A stretch of DNA of 64,000 bases from assembly GCA_040079555.1 (NCBI GenBank), contig JBEBKE010000001.1, positions 3,185 through 67,184 of the forward strand, in the 5' to 3' direction. Below the pieces are notes generated by a model. It was not told where the DNA came from. It worked only from the letters and a program-made list of their open reading frames with translations, and searched no databases. The translations under genes were made by a program, and so were the position numbers. Position 1 is the stretch's first letter; every line of letters starts with the position of its first letter. Source of the stretch: Sphingorhabdus sp. (GTDB taxonomy: Bacteria; Pseudomonadota; Alphaproteobacteria; Sphingomonadales; Sphingomonadaceae). This document shows, piece by piece, positions 9,925 to 21,039 of this stretch.

Positions 9925-10830
9925 ATGTCGAAGACAAAGAATGTTCCGGCAACAATCCCTGCCCTTGGGGGGGACGCTAGCCTTAATCGTTATCTTTCAG
10001 AAATCCGTAAATATCCGCTCCTCGCGCCAGAGCAGGAATTCATGCTGGCTAAGGCCTATCAGCAGCATGAAGATCCGGCGGCGGCGGCTCAGTTGGTATC
10101 TTCGCACCTTCGCCTCGTTGCCAAGATCGCGATGGGCTATCGCGGCTATGGCCTGCCCGTCAGCGAGCTGATCTCAGAAGGCAATATCGGCCTGATGCAG
10201 GGCGTGAAGAAATTCGATCCTGATCGCGGGTTCCGCCTTGCGACCTACGCGATGTGGTGGATCAAAGCATCGATGCAGGAATTCATCCTGCGCAGCTGGA
10301 GCCTAGTCAAAATCGGCACCACCGCCGCGCAAAAAAAGCTGTTCTTCAATCTGCGCCGTATGAAAAGCCAGTTGCAAGCGTTTGAAGACGGCGACCTAAA
10401 CCAAGAGGCGCTGACCAAAATCGCGACTGACCTTGGCGTCGCCGAAAAAGAAGTCATCGAGATGAATCGCCGGATGTCTATGGGCGGCGACACGTCGCTG
10501 AACGTACCGATGCGCGAAGATGGCGACGGGCAATGGCAGGATTGGTTGGTCGATAACGAACCGTTGCAAGACGAGCGCGTTGCCGAGGCACAGGAAGCTG
10601 ATGTCCGCCATGCAATGCTCGCTGAGGCAATGGATGGGCTGAACGAGCGTGAAAAGCACATCCTGATGGAACGCCGTTTGGTTGATGAGCCAAAAACACT
10701 GGAAGAGCTAAGCCAGCGCTACAGCGTCAGCCGTGAGCGTGTTCGCCAGATCGAAGTCCGTGCATTTGAAAAGCTCCAAAAGGCGATGTTGCGCATTGCC
10801 GGTGATAAGCGGATGCTAACCGCCTATTGA
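9925..10830 (+). CDS. rpoH: RNA polymerase sigma-32 factor
   Basis: RpoH box QKKLFFNLR; YRGYGLP; sigma regions 2 and 4. Confidence 0.97.
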   Translation: MSKTKNVPATIPALGGDASLNRYLSEIRKYPLLAPEQEFMLAKAYQQHEDPAAAAQLVSSHLRLVAKIAMGYRGYGLPVSELISEGNIGLMQGVKKFDPDRGFRLATYAMWWIKASMQEFILRSWSLVKIGTTAAQKKLFFNLRRMKSQLQAFEDGDLNQEALTKIATDLGVAEKEVIEMNRRMSMGGDTSLNVPMREDGDGQWQDWLVDNEPLQDERVAEAQEADVRHAMLAEAMDGLNEREKHILMERRLVDEPKTLEELSQRYSVSRERVRQIEVRAFEKLQKAMLRIAGDKRMLTAY

Positions 10831-10884
10831 TTTTGCCCATATAAAACGGGTGACGGCGTGGGTCCGGTGCGATAGCTTTGGGCT

Positions 10885-11601
10885 ATGATCGAGACACAAA
10901 CCACGCCGCCGCCGCGTTCTTGGCCCTCCCGTTTACTGGTATTTGTCACCAAGCTAGGCCTTTGGTTTATAGCGATCAGCTTGCTGCTTGTGCTGATTTT
11001 TCGTTTCCTTCCGGTCCCCATCACGGCAACGATGTTGTTTGATGACAACGGTGCGACAAGGGATTGGGAGCCGCTGTCCAATATCTCACCAAATCTGGCG
11101 CGCGCCGTAATCGCCGCAGAGGACGGCAAGTTTTGCCAGCACAGCGGTTTCGATACCGAGGCCATCGAAAAGGCGATCAAGCGCAATACCCAAGGCGGCC
11201 GGATGCGCGGTGGCTCGACGATTAGCCAGCAAACCGCCAAAAACGTCTTCCTGTGGCAAGGCAGCGGCTGGACGCGGTATCTGCGCAAACTGCCAGAGGC
11301 TTGGTTCACGCTGCTGATCGAAACATTCTGGGGCAAGCCGCGGATTATGGAAGTGTATTTGAACGTCGCAGAGACCGGCATCGGCACTTATGGTGCAGAG
11401 GCCGGCGCACAGCGATATTACAACAAAAGCGCCGCCAATCTATCGCGCGCCGAGGCCGCACGCATCGCAGCGATATTGCCCCTACCCAAAAAGCGCGCGG
11501 TCAACGGCGCAGGTGGCTTCACCCGCCGCTATGGCAACACCATCGCCGCGCGGATCGGCGCGGTAAAGCGCGATGGGCTAGATAGCTGTATCTACAAATA
11601 G
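10885..11601 (+). CDS. mtgA: Monofunctional peptidoglycan transglycosylase
   Basis: AAEDGKFCQHSGFD, GGSTISQQTAKNVFLW, MEVYLN. Confidence 0.95.
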   Translation: MIETQTTPPPRSWPSRLLVFVTKLGLWFIAISLLLVLIFRFLPVPITATMLFDDNGATRDWEPLSNISPNLARAVIAAEDGKFCQHSGFDTEAIEKAIKRNTQGGRMRGGSTISQQTAKNVFLWQGSGWTRYLRKLPEAWFTLLIETFWGKPRIMEVYLNVAETGIGTYGAEAGAQRYYNKSAANLSRAEAARIAAILPLPKKRAVNGAGGFTRRYGNTIAARIGAVKRDGLDSCIYK

Positions 11602-11614
11602 ACCGTTCGCGTAA

Positions 11615-11651
11615 AAGAAATGGCGCGGGAAATTTCTCCCCCGCGCCTTTC
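11615..11651. terminator. Bidirectional intrinsic terminator between mtgA and the TonB receptor
   Basis: GGCGCGGG/CCCGCGCC stem (11622-11647) with A-rich and T-rich flanks between convergent genes. Confidence 0.65.
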
Positions 11652-11671
11652 GGTAATTGATTGATCGACGT

Positions 11672-14600
11672 TTAGAACTTGATCCGCGCACCGACGCGGA
11701 TGCCGTACAGCGACTGACGTGTTTGCAAAACCTCATTAGGCGCAAGCACGTTGCTGTAACGATACTGTGCGCAATTTTGCGCCAATGTCGCGTTTGTTCC
11801 AGCGGTGCCCGTAGGTGTCGTCGTCGAGTTTGTGGTCAAGCAGTTCACACGCACCAGAGTCGAGTTGTATGCGAACTGCACCTGGCGGAGCGAACCCCAA
11901 TCCTTGTTGATCATGTTCAACACGTTTTCGATGTCTGCAAAGACTTCAAACTTGCCGCCTTCAACCAAGGGAAGTGGAACCTCTTGGCCAACATGTAGGT
12001 CAATTTTGAGGAAATCGGGCGAAGTCTGCGAGTTTTTCGGAACGATTTTCCCACGATATTTTTCAAGACCCAGTGATGTGACGAGGGAATTAAACGCTGT
12101 CTCGCTTGCAGCGTTATCAAACGTCACGCGAGTGTCGCCAATTGTTGGAACGTACAACAACATGTTGCCCAAATTTCCGACTGTGCCGAAAGTAGCACCG
12201 CGACCACCGGTGTTGTCAAGCATCGTTACACTGAATGGGCGTCCCGAGCGATTTTCTCCAAACAGGCCTAGGCTGGTGCGGTTATCGCCGAACAGGTTTT
12301 TGCGATAGTTGATGCCGAATTTGAACTGGTCACGATATTCGTAAATCGACCGCCCATATGCGGGGAAGTTGGGATCGACAAATGCGTTGTTCTGATAGTT
12401 CGACGAAGATGTTGAAGAGGTCAGCGATGAGCGATCCTTCACATCCGAACGCGTGTAGCTACCTTCGATGCTGAGGCCATTGTCAAAGCGTTTTTCAAAA
12501 CGCGCCGTGGCAAAATAACCACGGCCATCGCCGGTATTCGCTAACATCAAGTCGCGGTTCGTGCTTGCAGCGCCCACTACGTTGTAGCGCGGACGGCCAT
12601 CGGGAAGGACTCCCAATGCGCCAACCCCAGGTGCGGAACGGATATCAGTCCAAAGATACGCATCGACGGTTTTGTCATAGACAAACTGTAGACCGAACAA
12701 CCAATCATCACCCAAAGGCCCGAGATTAGCGCTATAGTCAGCTTGGAACGTTGCTTTGAACTTGGCAGCAAGATCAAGGTTTGGATCGATCAAATCGGTC
12801 GGCGCAGTAGCAAGTGATGCGGTGTTTGTTGTCAGGAAGTTGACAACACTCGATGGGATTGTTCCGTTCGTAATGCCATTCAGCGCGCCACAGGTCCCTG
12901 ACGCCGCGCAGTTGCCGCGGTTGATATCAATAGCGTTCGTTAACTGACCGGTGTTCGAAAACACGTTCGACAAGAACACATCGGGTGTGCCGCCAGCAAA
13001 GATACCTGCACCAACACGAACGACTAACCGCTCGCTCGCATCCCAATTAACAGCAAAGCGAGGCTGGATTACGCCACGCCCCTTGAAGGTCGCGCGATTT
13101 GTTATCCCGCTGCGCGCCAACAGATTAGCGTTCAATGGCGGCGATTTGCTGTTGTCAAACAAGTCATAGCGAAGGCCCGCGCTGACTTGGACGGTGTCAG
13201 TGAGCTGCCAGTCATCCTGTACACCAAAAGTGAAATTGGTGGTCGAAAAGCTTGCAGCGGCGGCGTCGGGATCGTTCGACGGTACAGCATTGCCGTAACG
13301 CAGACGGTTGGCGTTTCCAGCGTTGAAATCAGCAATGGAATCGAAATAGATGTCACCGAGCGACCGCTGAAGGAAAAGATTAAAGGTGCTAACCTTTGTA
13401 TAACCAGTCATGAAACGGATCGAGTGATCACCCGACTCTACCCGGGCGGTAAAATCTAGGGACAGATTTTCAGTGTTCAACGCATTGGAGTGACGCGAGA
13501 TATCGGGGCCGAACACAAGGTTCGTACCACCGCAGCTGGTATTTTGACCAAGCGGGTTGCCTGCGGAAACAGCGTCAGTGCAAACCGTCATTTGCGGGAA
13601 GTTTGTGGCACCGAATGGTGTTTGGCCACGGTTGTAATCGCGATAAGACGCCCGAGCAGTTGTCGAAAACGAATCTGACCATGTCGAATTCAATTCAAAG
13701 GCTCCTGAGTTGACTTCTTCGGTCAGTTCATAGCCGTTCGACTGATAGCCTAGCGAGAAAGGTGATGTCAGGAATGTACCCTGCTGAAACTGGTTCGATC
13801 CCACGTTGCGGATGTACGTGAACGATGCGCGCTGATCGTCTGTGATGTTCCAATCCAGCTTACCAACGATCTTTTCGTCGGCTTCCTGCGTGGTAGAAAT
13901 CAAGCCCAAGGTGTCATAGCCGTAGCGGCTCTGCGCAGTTGCGGTAACGCCATCGATCACGGCTTGCGTCAAACCGGGAACTTGATTTGCGAAACCAGCG
14001 CCAAAACCGGCATCGAGTGGCTGGCCTTCTTTGGTGCGCTCATAAGCAAGCATGAAGAAAAGTTTGTCTTTGATGATTGGGCCAGAGAGCCAACCGCCAT
14101 ATTGCTTCGAGTCGAAATCAAGGTTAACCGACGCGGTCCGCGAACGGTCACCGGTCAGGTTATCATTCGTGTAACCGAAAAATGCGCCGCCATGGAATTT
14201 GTTACCACCAGATTTCAAAACAACGTTGATCGCGCCGCCCTGCATATCGCCCTCGGCGATGTCATAGGGTGCAACCTTGACAGTGAACTGCTCAATCGCG
14301 TCGAACGGCACAGGTCCTCGGTTAGTCGGCAGACCGCCGTTATTAAGACCAAAGTCATCCGACATCTGCATACCGTCGACGGAAAAGCGGTTCAGACGGC
14401 CTCCATTACCTGCGATTTCGATCGCACGGTTGTTCGTCAAATCGATGGTTACCAACGGATCACGGCGCGCAAGGTCACGAATGTCGCGGTTGATCGACGA
14501 TGCCGTTTCGATGTCTTCACGGTTGAGCGCGGTCGTTGGACCATCGCTGAGATCCGCCGCAGATTGGATCGATGCTGCAGTAACGATAATCCCCTGGTTC

Positions 14601-14941
14601 GACTGCAGCATGATGGGCAAGCGGACAGGCTGTCCGGCCTGCAATGTCAAATCCGTTACTTGGCCTGTTTCATAACCGTCGGCTTCAACCGTGACGGTAA
14701 AAGGGCCGCCAATGCGAAGACCGTTAAGCGCGAAGCTTCCGTCAACATCGGTCATTGTGGTTGCGGTAGTTCCCGATGGCTCATGGAACACTTTAACGGT
14801 CGCACCAGCAACTGGGCCATCGGTGGCATCAACATTTCCGCGAACGGACGAAGATGTTTCCTGCGCGAAAGCCGGTGCAGCGGTAACGCTGGCGATGGAA
14901 AGAGCGGCTACTCCCGCCGCGAGATAATAACGGATCTGCAT
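11672..14941 (-). CDS. TonB-dependent receptor, Oar-like with carboxypeptidase-regulatory-like N-terminal domain
   Basis: Signal peptide, QETSSSVRG, GLRIGGPFTV, GGAINVVLKSGGN, C-terminal Phe; 1089 aa. Confidence 0.92.
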   Translation of the reverse strand: MQIRYYLAAGVAALSIASVTAAPAFAQETSSSVRGNVDATDGPVAGATVKVFHEPSGTTATTMTDVDGSFALNGLRIGGPFTVTVEADGYETGQVTDLTLQAGQPVRLPIMLQSNQGIIVTAASIQSAADLSDGPTTALNREDIETASSINRDIRDLARRDPLVTIDLTNNRAIEIAGNGGRLNRFSVDGMQMSDDFGLNNGGLPTNRGPVPFDAIEQFTVKVAPYDIAEGDMQGGAINVVLKSGGNKFHGGAFFGYTNDNLTGDRSRTASVNLDFDSKQYGGWLSGPIIKDKLFFMLAYERTKEGQPLDAGFGAGFANQVPGLTQAVIDGVTATAQSRYGYDTLGLISTTQEADEKIVGKLDWNITDDQRASFTYIRNVGSNQFQQGTFLTSPFSLGYQSNGYELTEEVNSGAFELNSTWSDSFSTTARASYRDYNRGQTPFGATNFPQMTVCTDAVSAGNPLGQNTSCGGTNLVFGPDISRHSNALNTENLSLDFTARVESGDHSIRFMTGYTKVSTFNLFLQRSLGDIYFDSIADFNAGNANRLRYGNAVPSNDPDAAAASFSTTNFTFGVQDDWQLTDTVQVSAGLRYDLFDNSKSPPLNANLLARSGITNRATFKGRGVIQPRFAVNWDASERLVVRVGAGIFAGGTPDVFLSNVFSNTGQLTNAIDINRGNCAASGTCGALNGITNGTIPSSVVNFLTTNTASLATAPTDLIDPNLDLAAKFKATFQADYSANLGPLGDDWLFGLQFVYDKTVDAYLWTDIRSAPGVGALGVLPDGRPRYNVVGAASTNRDLMLANTGDGRGYFATARFEKRFDNGLSIEGSYTRSDVKDRSSLTSSTSSSNYQNNAFVDPNFPAYGRSIYEYRDQFKFGINYRKNLFGDNRTSLGLFGENRSGRPFSVTMLDNTGGRGATFGTVGNLGNMLLYVPTIGDTRVTFDNAASETAFNSLVTSLGLEKYRGKIVPKNSQTSPDFLKIDLHVGQEVPLPLVEGGKFEVFADIENVLNMINKDWGSLRQVQFAYNSTLVRVNCLTTNSTTTPTGTAGTNATLAQNCAQYRYSNVLAPNEVLQTRQSLYGIRVGARIKF

Positions 14942-15055
14942 ATTACACCCCTATAATGTGGCAGAGGCCCCAGCCTCTTTTGGTAAATTCTCACAGCGAA
15001 TCACCCGCACGAAACGGCTCGTGTTCGACCATGCAAACCGCATTGCTGATCCTAT

Positions 15056-15093
15056 GTGGCAAATCAATGACAATGGCGTCATAATAGTGTCAC
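15056..15093. promoter_or_regulatory. Two back-to-back PHO-box-like direct repeats upstream of the TonB receptor
   Basis: Minus strand TTGTCAT-N4-TTGCCAC and plus strand GCGTCAT-N4-GTGTCAC, each with 11-bp period. Confidence 0.5.
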
Positions 15094-15208
15094 AAACCAA
15101 AATGGTTTATGTGCTATATCAATCGGTTAATGCCGAATATCACCAAATGACCGAATTTACTCTCGTCGTTTTTCCGCAACGTGTTGCTGCAATGCAACAT
15201 TGCGAGAT

Positions 15209-16474
15209 TTAGGCGGCGTCTTCCTTGGCGGCCTTTGCGGCAAAAACGCGCACAGGCTCTTTGCGCCCCTCGATCACATCCTTGTCGATCACAATCTCGC
15301 TGACACCGTCCATATTGGGCAGTTCAAACATCGTATCGAGCAGGATCGCCTCTAGGATAGACCGCAATCCGCGCGCGCCGGTTTTGCGGGCAATCGCCTT
15401 TTTCGCGACGGCTTGCAGCGCATCTTCAGTAAAGCTGAGGCCGACATTTTCCATCTCGAACAGCTTGCGATATTGCTTAACCAGCGCGTTCTTTGGCTCG
15501 GACAGGATTTTGACCAAAGCCGCGATGTCGAGATCCTCCAGTGTCGCCGTCACCGGCAAACGGCCAACAAACTCAGGGATCAAGCCATATTTCAGCAAAT
15601 CTTCTGGCTCACACTGCATCAAAATTTCGCCGGTGCGGCGGTCATCGGGATCGGCGACATTAGCGCCAAAACCCATCGATTTGCCTTCGAGCCGGTTGGA
15701 AATAATCCGCTCCAGCCCGGCAAAAGCACCGCCACAGATGAACAGGATGTTCGTTGTATCGACTTGCAAGAATTCCTGCTGTGGATGTTTACGTCCGCCT
15801 TGCGGTGGCACCGATGCAGTCGTGCCTTCCATAAGCTTTAGCAACGCCTGCTGAACGCCCTCACCCGATACGTCACGCGTGATTGATGGGTTTTCCGCCT
15901 TGCGGCTAATCTTGTCGATTTCGTCGATATAAACAATGCCGCGCTGTGCGCGTTCGACGTTGTAGTCCGATGCTTGAAGCAGCTTCAGGATGATATTCTC
16001 GACATCCTCACCGACATAACCCGCCTCGGTCAATGTCGTGGCGTCTGCCATAGTGAAGGGCACGTCAAAGGTTTTTGCTAGCGTCTGCGCCAACAAGGTC
16101 TTGCCGCAACCGGTCGGACCAACGAGTAGAATGTTGGACTTTGCCAGCTCTACGTCATTGCTTTTCTGCGCATGATTCAGGCGTTTATAGTGGTTGTGGA
16201 CTGCAACCGACAGCACCCTCTTCGCCTTAAACTGGCCGATGACATAATCGTCCAGGATATCGCAGATCTCTTGCGGGCTGGGGACTTCGCCGTCCTTGCG
16301 CGTCGACAAGGCACCCTTGGTTTCTTCGCGGATAATGTCGTTGCATAGATCGACACACTCGTCGCAGATGAATACAGTCGGGCCAGCAATCAGCTTGCGC
16401 ACTTCATGCTGCGATTTGCCGCAGAAAGAGCAATAAAGGGTGCTCTTTGTATCCGAGCCGCTCAACTTCGTCAT
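15209..16474 (-). CDS. clpX: ATP-dependent Clp protease ATPase ClpX
   Basis: [11 protein letters not shown] zinc domain, [21 protein letters not shown] loop. Confidence 0.98.
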   Translation of the reverse strand: MTKLSGSDTKSTLYCSFCGKSQHEVRKLIAGPTVFICDECVDLCNDIIREETKGALSTRKDGEVPSPQEICDILDDYVIGQFKAKRVLSVAVHNHYKRLNHAQKSNDVELAKSNILLVGPTGCGKTLLAQTLAKTFDVPFTMADATTLTEAGYVGEDVENIILKLLQASDYNVERAQRGIVYIDEIDKISRKAENPSITRDVSGEGVQQALLKLMEGTTASVPPQGGRKHPQQEFLQVDTTNILFICGGAFAGLERIISNRLEGKSMGFGANVADPDDRRTGEILMQCEPEDLLKYGLIPEFVGRLPVTATLEDLDIAALVKILSEPKNALVKQYRKLFEMENVGLSFTEDALQAVAKKAIARKTGARGLRSILEAILLDTMFELPNMDGVSEIVIDKDVIEGRKEPVRVFAAKAAKEDAA

Positions 16475-16637
16475 AAACGTCCTGTTTTCCGCGCGCGAGA
16501 GCCGTTTCTCGCGCTTTCAATCTTTCATCCTATCGCGCAGCCATATTTTGGCAAGAGCGTTAAGGACACTCGGTTACCGAAGCGATCAGGCGAAGCGATG
16601 CTCCGCTGCCACGCGTCGGTAACCTGAAACTAACCGC

Positions 16638-17297
16638 TTACGCTGCCTCTGGCGCCGCTGGACGCTTGTCAAAAACGTCGTCAACGATGCCGAATGCCTT
16701 GGCTTCGTCCGCTTCCAAAAACGTATCGCGGTCCATCGCCTTCTCAATTTCTTTCAAAGGCTTGCCGGTGTATTTGGCGTAGAGATCGTTCAAACGCTTG
16801 CGCATCCGCAGGATTTCTTTGGCCTGAATTTCGATATCCGACGCCATGCCGCGTGCGCCGCCCGATGGCTGATGCACCATGATGCGCGCATTGGTCAGCG
16901 CGATGCGCATCCCTGGCTCACCCGATGCCAGCAGGAAACTGCCCATTGATGCCGCTTGCCCGATGCACACGGTGCCGACGCGTGGGCGGATATATTGCAT
17001 CGTATCGTGAATCGCCAAACCAGCGGTTACAACCCCGCCGGGCGAGTTGATGTACATCCAGATATCTTTCTTGGGGTTTTCCGATTCCAGATACAGCATC
17101 TGCGACACGATCAGCGAGGCCATGTAATCCTCGACTTCGCCGGTTACAAAGATGATCCGCTCTGAGAGCATCTTTGAATAGAGATCGGAGAAAAATTTGC
17201 TGCTGCCAACCTCAAACGGAACGCTGACCATGCTTTCGCGGTCAGCCGACATAGTGGGGCCATAAGCAAGATTGGGAATTGAGAGCGGATTGTGCAT
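16638..17297 (-). CDS. clpP: Clp protease proteolytic subunit ClpP
   Basis: YINSPGG, QAASMG (Ser), MVHQP (His), MDRD; start 17297 follows GAGG. Confidence 0.95.
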   Translation of the reverse strand: MHNPLSIPNLAYGPTMSADRESMVSVPFEVGSSKFFSDLYSKMLSERIIFVTGEVEDYMASLIVSQMLYLESENPKKDIWMYINSPGGVVTAGLAIHDTMQYIRPRVGTVCIGQAASMGSFLLASGEPGMRIALTNARIMVHQPSGGARGMASDIEIQAKEILRMRKRLNDLYAKYTGKPLKEIEKAMDRDTFLEADEAKAFGIVDDVFDKRPAAPEAA

Positions 17298-17335
17298 TAA
17301 AGACCTCTGGATCATGTGTTTTGGTTCGCCATCAT

Positions 17336-17364
17336 ACATCGGCGCGATGGCCCCAAGTTTCAAG
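17336..17364 (-). promoter_or_regulatory. Putative sigma-32 promoter of clpP
   Basis: CTTGAA-N16-CCGATGT on the minus strand resembles the alphaproteobacterial RpoH consensus. Confidence 0.45.
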
Positions 17365-17406
17365 CGCAAAAGGGTTAAAGTCCGGTGAGGATAAACCCCA
17401 CTAAAG

Positions 17407-17441
17407 CAAAAAGGGCCCCGATTTTCACCGGAGCCCTTTTG
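17407..17441 (-). terminator. Intrinsic terminator after tig
   Basis: AAAAGGGC...GCCCTTTT hairpin just downstream of the tig stop. Confidence 0.75.
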
Positions 17442-17460
17442 AAAAGCATCAGCTGATACC

Positions 17461-18948
17461 CTATTTTTTCTTTGGAGAGACTTTCTTCGCAGCAGGTTTT
17501 GCTTCGGTTTCAGCGGCGTCCTTTTTCGCAGCAGCCTTTTTGGCTGGCTTTTCAGCTACGGCCTCATCCTTTTTGGCGGCTGCTTTTTTCGCAGGTGCCT
17601 TTTTGGCAGGCTTTGTATCCGGCTCCGCTTCAATCGCTGCTTCCAATTCAGCGCGCGTTACCGTCTTGTCGCTGACCTTGGCTTTGTCGAACAGGAAGTC
17701 GACGACCTTGTCCTCAAACAATGGAGCGCGCAGCTGGGCTGCCGCCATCGGGTTTTCTTGCAGATACTGCACAAAACGCTGACGATCTTCGGGGCGATAT
17801 TGCTGCGCAGCTTGCTGCACCAGCATGTTCATTTCCTGACCGGACACATCGACGCCATTGGCTTGGCCGATTTCGGAGAGCAAAAGGCCAAGGCGAACGC
17901 GGCGGACGGCAATGTCGCGATAATCCTCGCGCTCGTCTTCCATTTCCTTGCGTGCCGCTTCTGGGTCTTCTTCACGCTCAACTTCTTGCTCAAGCTGTGC
18001 CCAAATCTGTTCAAACTCGGCCTCAACCATCGCTGGCGGCACTTCAAAATCATGCGCTGCTGCCAATTGGTCAAGCAGCTGACGCTTCATATAAGTGCGT
18101 GTCAGACCGTTAAGCTCTTGCTCAACCTGAACCTTCATCAGCTCTTTTAGCTTGTCGAGGCTCTCCAGACCGAAGGTCTTAGCCATATCGTCATCAAGCT
18201 TTGCATCGGCTGGCTTGCGCACTTCACCGACAACGATGTCGAACGTTGCGGCTTTGCCAGCGAGATCTTTCGAACCATAATCTTCTGGGAAAGTGACGTT
18301 AATCAGTTTCGCATCATTGGCTTTCAAACCAACCATCTGGTCCTCAAAGCCGGGGATCAATTGGCCAGAGCCGAGCTCTACCGCCATGCCCTCGCCTTTG
18401 CCGCCGTCAAACGGCACGCCGTCAACTTTGCCTTCAAAATCGATGACAACTTGGTCGCCGGTCGCAGCCTTGTAGGTTTTCGCAGCAGCTTCAAAACGCT
18501 TTTGTCCGCCAGCCAGACGCTCAAGCGCCGAATCAACTTCGCTACCTTCAGCTTCAACCTGAAGACGTTCCAGTTTCAAATCGTCGATGTTGACTGCGGG
18601 AATCGCTGGCAGCACTTCAAAATGAAAATCCACAACAGCATCTTTGCCGGGTGCATATTCATGGTCGAGGTGCACATGCGGTTGTGTCGCAGGGCGCAGC
18701 TTATTGTCAGTGATCGTTTTCTGGATGCCTTCTTGGATCGAGCTGTTCAGCGCTTCCTGCATCAACGATTCGCCGTGCATCTTCTTCACCAGATTGGCCG
18801 GCACTTTGCCCGGACGAAAGCCGGGCATTTTAACCTGTGGCGCGATTTTCTGCACTTCGGCATCAATCCGTGCTTCAATATCGGCTACGGTTACAGTCAG
18901 GCGATATGCCCGCTTCAGGCCTTCATTCTGGGTTTCTTGCGCTTGCAT
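17461..18948 (-). CDS. tig: Trigger factor with Lys/Ala-rich C-terminal tail
   Basis: PGFRPGKVP signature, FKBP domain LIPGFEDQ; next to clpPX. Confidence 0.97.
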   Translation of the reverse strand: MQAQETQNEGLKRAYRLTVTVADIEARIDAEVQKIAPQVKMPGFRPGKVPANLVKKMHGESLMQEALNSSIQEGIQKTITDNKLRPATQPHVHLDHEYAPGKDAVVDFHFEVLPAIPAVNIDDLKLERLQVEAEGSEVDSALERLAGGQKRFEAAAKTYKAATGDQVVIDFEGKVDGVPFDGGKGEGMAVELGSGQLIPGFEDQMVGLKANDAKLINVTFPEDYGSKDLAGKAATFDIVVGEVRKPADAKLDDDMAKTFGLESLDKLKELMKVQVEQELNGLTRTYMKRQLLDQLAAAHDFEVPPAMVEAEFEQIWAQLEQEVEREEDPEAARKEMEDEREDYRDIAVRRVRLGLLLSEIGQANGVDVSGQEMNMLVQQAAQQYRPEDRQRFVQYLQENPMAAAQLRAPLFEDKVVDFLFDKAKVSDKTVTRAELEAAIEAEPDTKPAKKAPAKKAAAKKDEAVAEKPAKKAAAKKDAAETEAKPAAKKVSPKKK

Positions 18949-19022
18949 AATCGTGAACTCTATTCCTCAAAAATACGGTCGATCTGGCGAACCAGATGAA
19001 AAACTTGGGGCCGGGCGAAAAT

Positions 19023-19107
19023 TGGTGCGGGCGAAGGGACTCGAACCCCCACATCTTGCGATGCCAGAACCTAAATCTGGTGCGTCTACCAATTCCGCCA
19101 CGCCCGC
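19023..19107 (-). tRNA. tRNA-Leu(TAG)
   Basis: 85-nt cloverleaf GCGGGCG...CGCCCGCACCA, anticodon arm CCAGA-TTTAGGT-TCTGG, long variable arm, GTTCGA. Confidence 0.97.
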
Positions 19108-19207
19108 TCCGCCATGCCCAACGGGCCCTGCGGTCGGGAGCCTCTAACGGCAAAGCAGCATAAGGGCAAGAGTGGATGCGGCGCTTTGAAAACTGCCTGC
19201 GTTTTGG

Positions 19208-19900
19208 CTACATTTTCTCTTTTGGCATCGGCACGATGACCGTAGCATTTATGGGCTTTTTCTTCTTTGTTTTACCATCTGCAGCCGCTTTGGGCTTGGG
19301 CGGATTAATCGTCATGCCTTCAACCATTTTCCGCACTTCGCCAATGTCTGCATCAAAATAGTGCAACGACGGCGCGACAAAGTTTACAATGTAAAGCTTG
19401 CCCTCAACAATCGCGGCAACCGCCTCCCCGCGCCGTTCGATATCTTCGGCTTGCGCAGAATAGCTATAGCTAAACCGGACGCCGTCATGAGTACCAAGCT
19501 TTGCCGGTTCGACTTTACCCATTTTGAACACAGGAGATTGCAGAACCATGCGGTTTGTCGCCTCAAACATCTCGACAATGTCGGTGGGCAGCATATCCGA
19601 TTTGAATTTGGGCAATTTCTCTGTGGTGGTCCACCCTTGGCGCAGGATCGATTCCCCTTCGGCAATCGCGCCAAAGAATGTCAGCTCGTTCAAGTTAACA
19701 CCATCACGCGTCCACGCTTCGCTGCGCCGTGACGGCCGCAACGATGATCTGTTCCATTCAGCCGTTGGCGTAACAGTCATCGTGTTTTTGGCGACTTTCA
19801 CTTCCGCATCCGACTTCATCACCACCCAGCCAGCAAGCGACGGAACTGCGACAGAGGCGATCAACGCCGCAGCCAAAAATGCGTGAACTTTAAATCTCAT
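19208..19900 (-). CDS. Exported hypothetical protein
   Basis: Signal peptide (AVPSLA); overlaps the stop of the upstream gene by 4 nt. Confidence 0.8.
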   Translation of the reverse strand: MRFKVHAFLAAALIASVAVPSLAGWVVMKSDAEVKVAKNTMTVTPTAEWNRSSLRPSRRSEAWTRDGVNLNELTFFGAIAEGESILRQGWTTTEKLPKFKSDMLPTDIVEMFEATNRMVLQSPVFKMGKVEPAKLGTHDGVRFSYSYSAQAEDIERRGEAVAAIVEGKLYIVNFVAPSLHYFDADIGEVRKMVEGMTINPPKPKAAADGKTKKKKPINATVIVPMPKEKM

Positions 19901-21039
19901 GATCCTGTCGCCATCATCGTGACAATGCCGTGATCGCCGGCGAGTGGTCGCTTTTCCAAATACAGTTTCAACGACTTTTTGCCTTCATCTTTTGAGCCGG
20001 ACCGCATCTGCGATACGCCAAGACCGCGATAGCTTTCGGCAAGCGTTGCATCCTGCGCAATCGCTTGTTTGTAAAAACCGATAGCCGAAGCAAAATCCCC
20101 ATCCTTACCGCGAGCGCGGTATAGTTCGCCGCGCGCATAGAGCAGATCGGCAGACCATTTGCCGCGCGCCATGCTGTTCAGCAAAAATTCGGTCGCGCCG
20201 AATTGGTTCAATTTGATCTGATCGTTGATCAATTCCGGCCACCACGGCGCCAATGCCCGTCGATAGCTTTCAGCGCCCATTGTCTGACCATTAGCACGCT
20301 TTCCCGTTGCCGCCGCGCGCAGATATTCCATGCGTTCTTTACTGTTGGGGTGCGAGCTGAAAAAATCACCCGCGTTATCCATTGCTTTGCGCATGCGTTT
20401 GCCCTGCGCGGTAGAATCCATTTCGGCGCGCAGCTGCTCCCAGATTTCGGACGCAGCAATCGGATCATAGCCACTGCGCGCCAGATCATCGACAGCCACA
20501 AGATCAGCTTGCCGTTCCATGTCGCGGTTAAACGACATGACCGACCCCATCAGGCTCATCTGGGCCAAAAACCCGCCGGGCAAGACACTGAGCCAGGTCA
20601 TCGCATCGGTTTTCGATTTGATGTTGTTATACATCTGGATCGAGTGGCGCTTTTCAAAATGCGCGAATTCATGACCAAGAACTGTTGCCAACTCGGCCTC
20701 ATTGCGGGTACGCAGCAGCAAGCCGCTCCAAACGATCATCATGCCGTTGGGGGCCATCATCGCATTATACTGTGGTGTGCGAACGATATAGATCCGCGTC
20801 GCACCGCACCGTTCCGTGCCAACCGCTTTGCAAAGCACACCCTTCACATAGGCGTTCAGCGCAGGATCAGTCATCAGGAACTCGGAAGTTTTCAGCTCGC
20901 GCTCATACTCATCCATTTGCTGCCACAGGCCGCGTTCGGTTTCATCGCGCGGGCCGTATTCGGGCGTGCCACTGGCCGTCGCCGAAACACTCGCCATCAA
21001 AGCAGCGCTCACCGCCAAAGAACGCAGCAACCTCTTCAT
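19897..21039 (-). CDS. M48 family metallopeptidase with C-terminal TPR
   Basis: NEAELATVLGHEFAH, ERQAD, FSSHP; signal peptide. Confidence 0.92.
   Translation of the reverse strand: MKRLLRSLAVSAALMASVSATASGTPEYGPRDETERGLWQQMDEYERELKTSEFLMTDPALNAYVKGVLCKAVGTERCGATRIYIVRTPQYNAMMAPNGMMIVWSGLLLRTRNEAELATVLGHEFAHFEKRHSIQMYNNIKSKTDAMTWLSVLPGGFLAQMSLMGSVMSFNRDMERQADLVAVDDLARSGYDPIAASEIWEQLRAEMDSTAQGKRMRKAMDNAGDFFSSHPNSKERMEYLRAAATGKRANGQTMGAESYRRALAPWWPELINDQIKLNQFGATEFLLNSMARGKWSADLLYARGELYRARGKDGDFASAIGFYKQAIAQDATLAESYRGLGVSQMRSGSKDEGKKSLKLYLEKRPLAGDHGIVTMMATGS

Noticed and set aside
13964-14956. 330-aa ORF antisense to the TonB receptor
   Set aside because: Shadow ORF with no motifs.
17461-17620. 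Repetitive PAKKA-coding DNA
   Set aside because: Low-complexity tail of trigger factor, not an independent repeat.
19023-19107. tRNA-Leu as an integration site
   Set aside because: No integrase and no duplicated 3' end; it is followed directly by tig.
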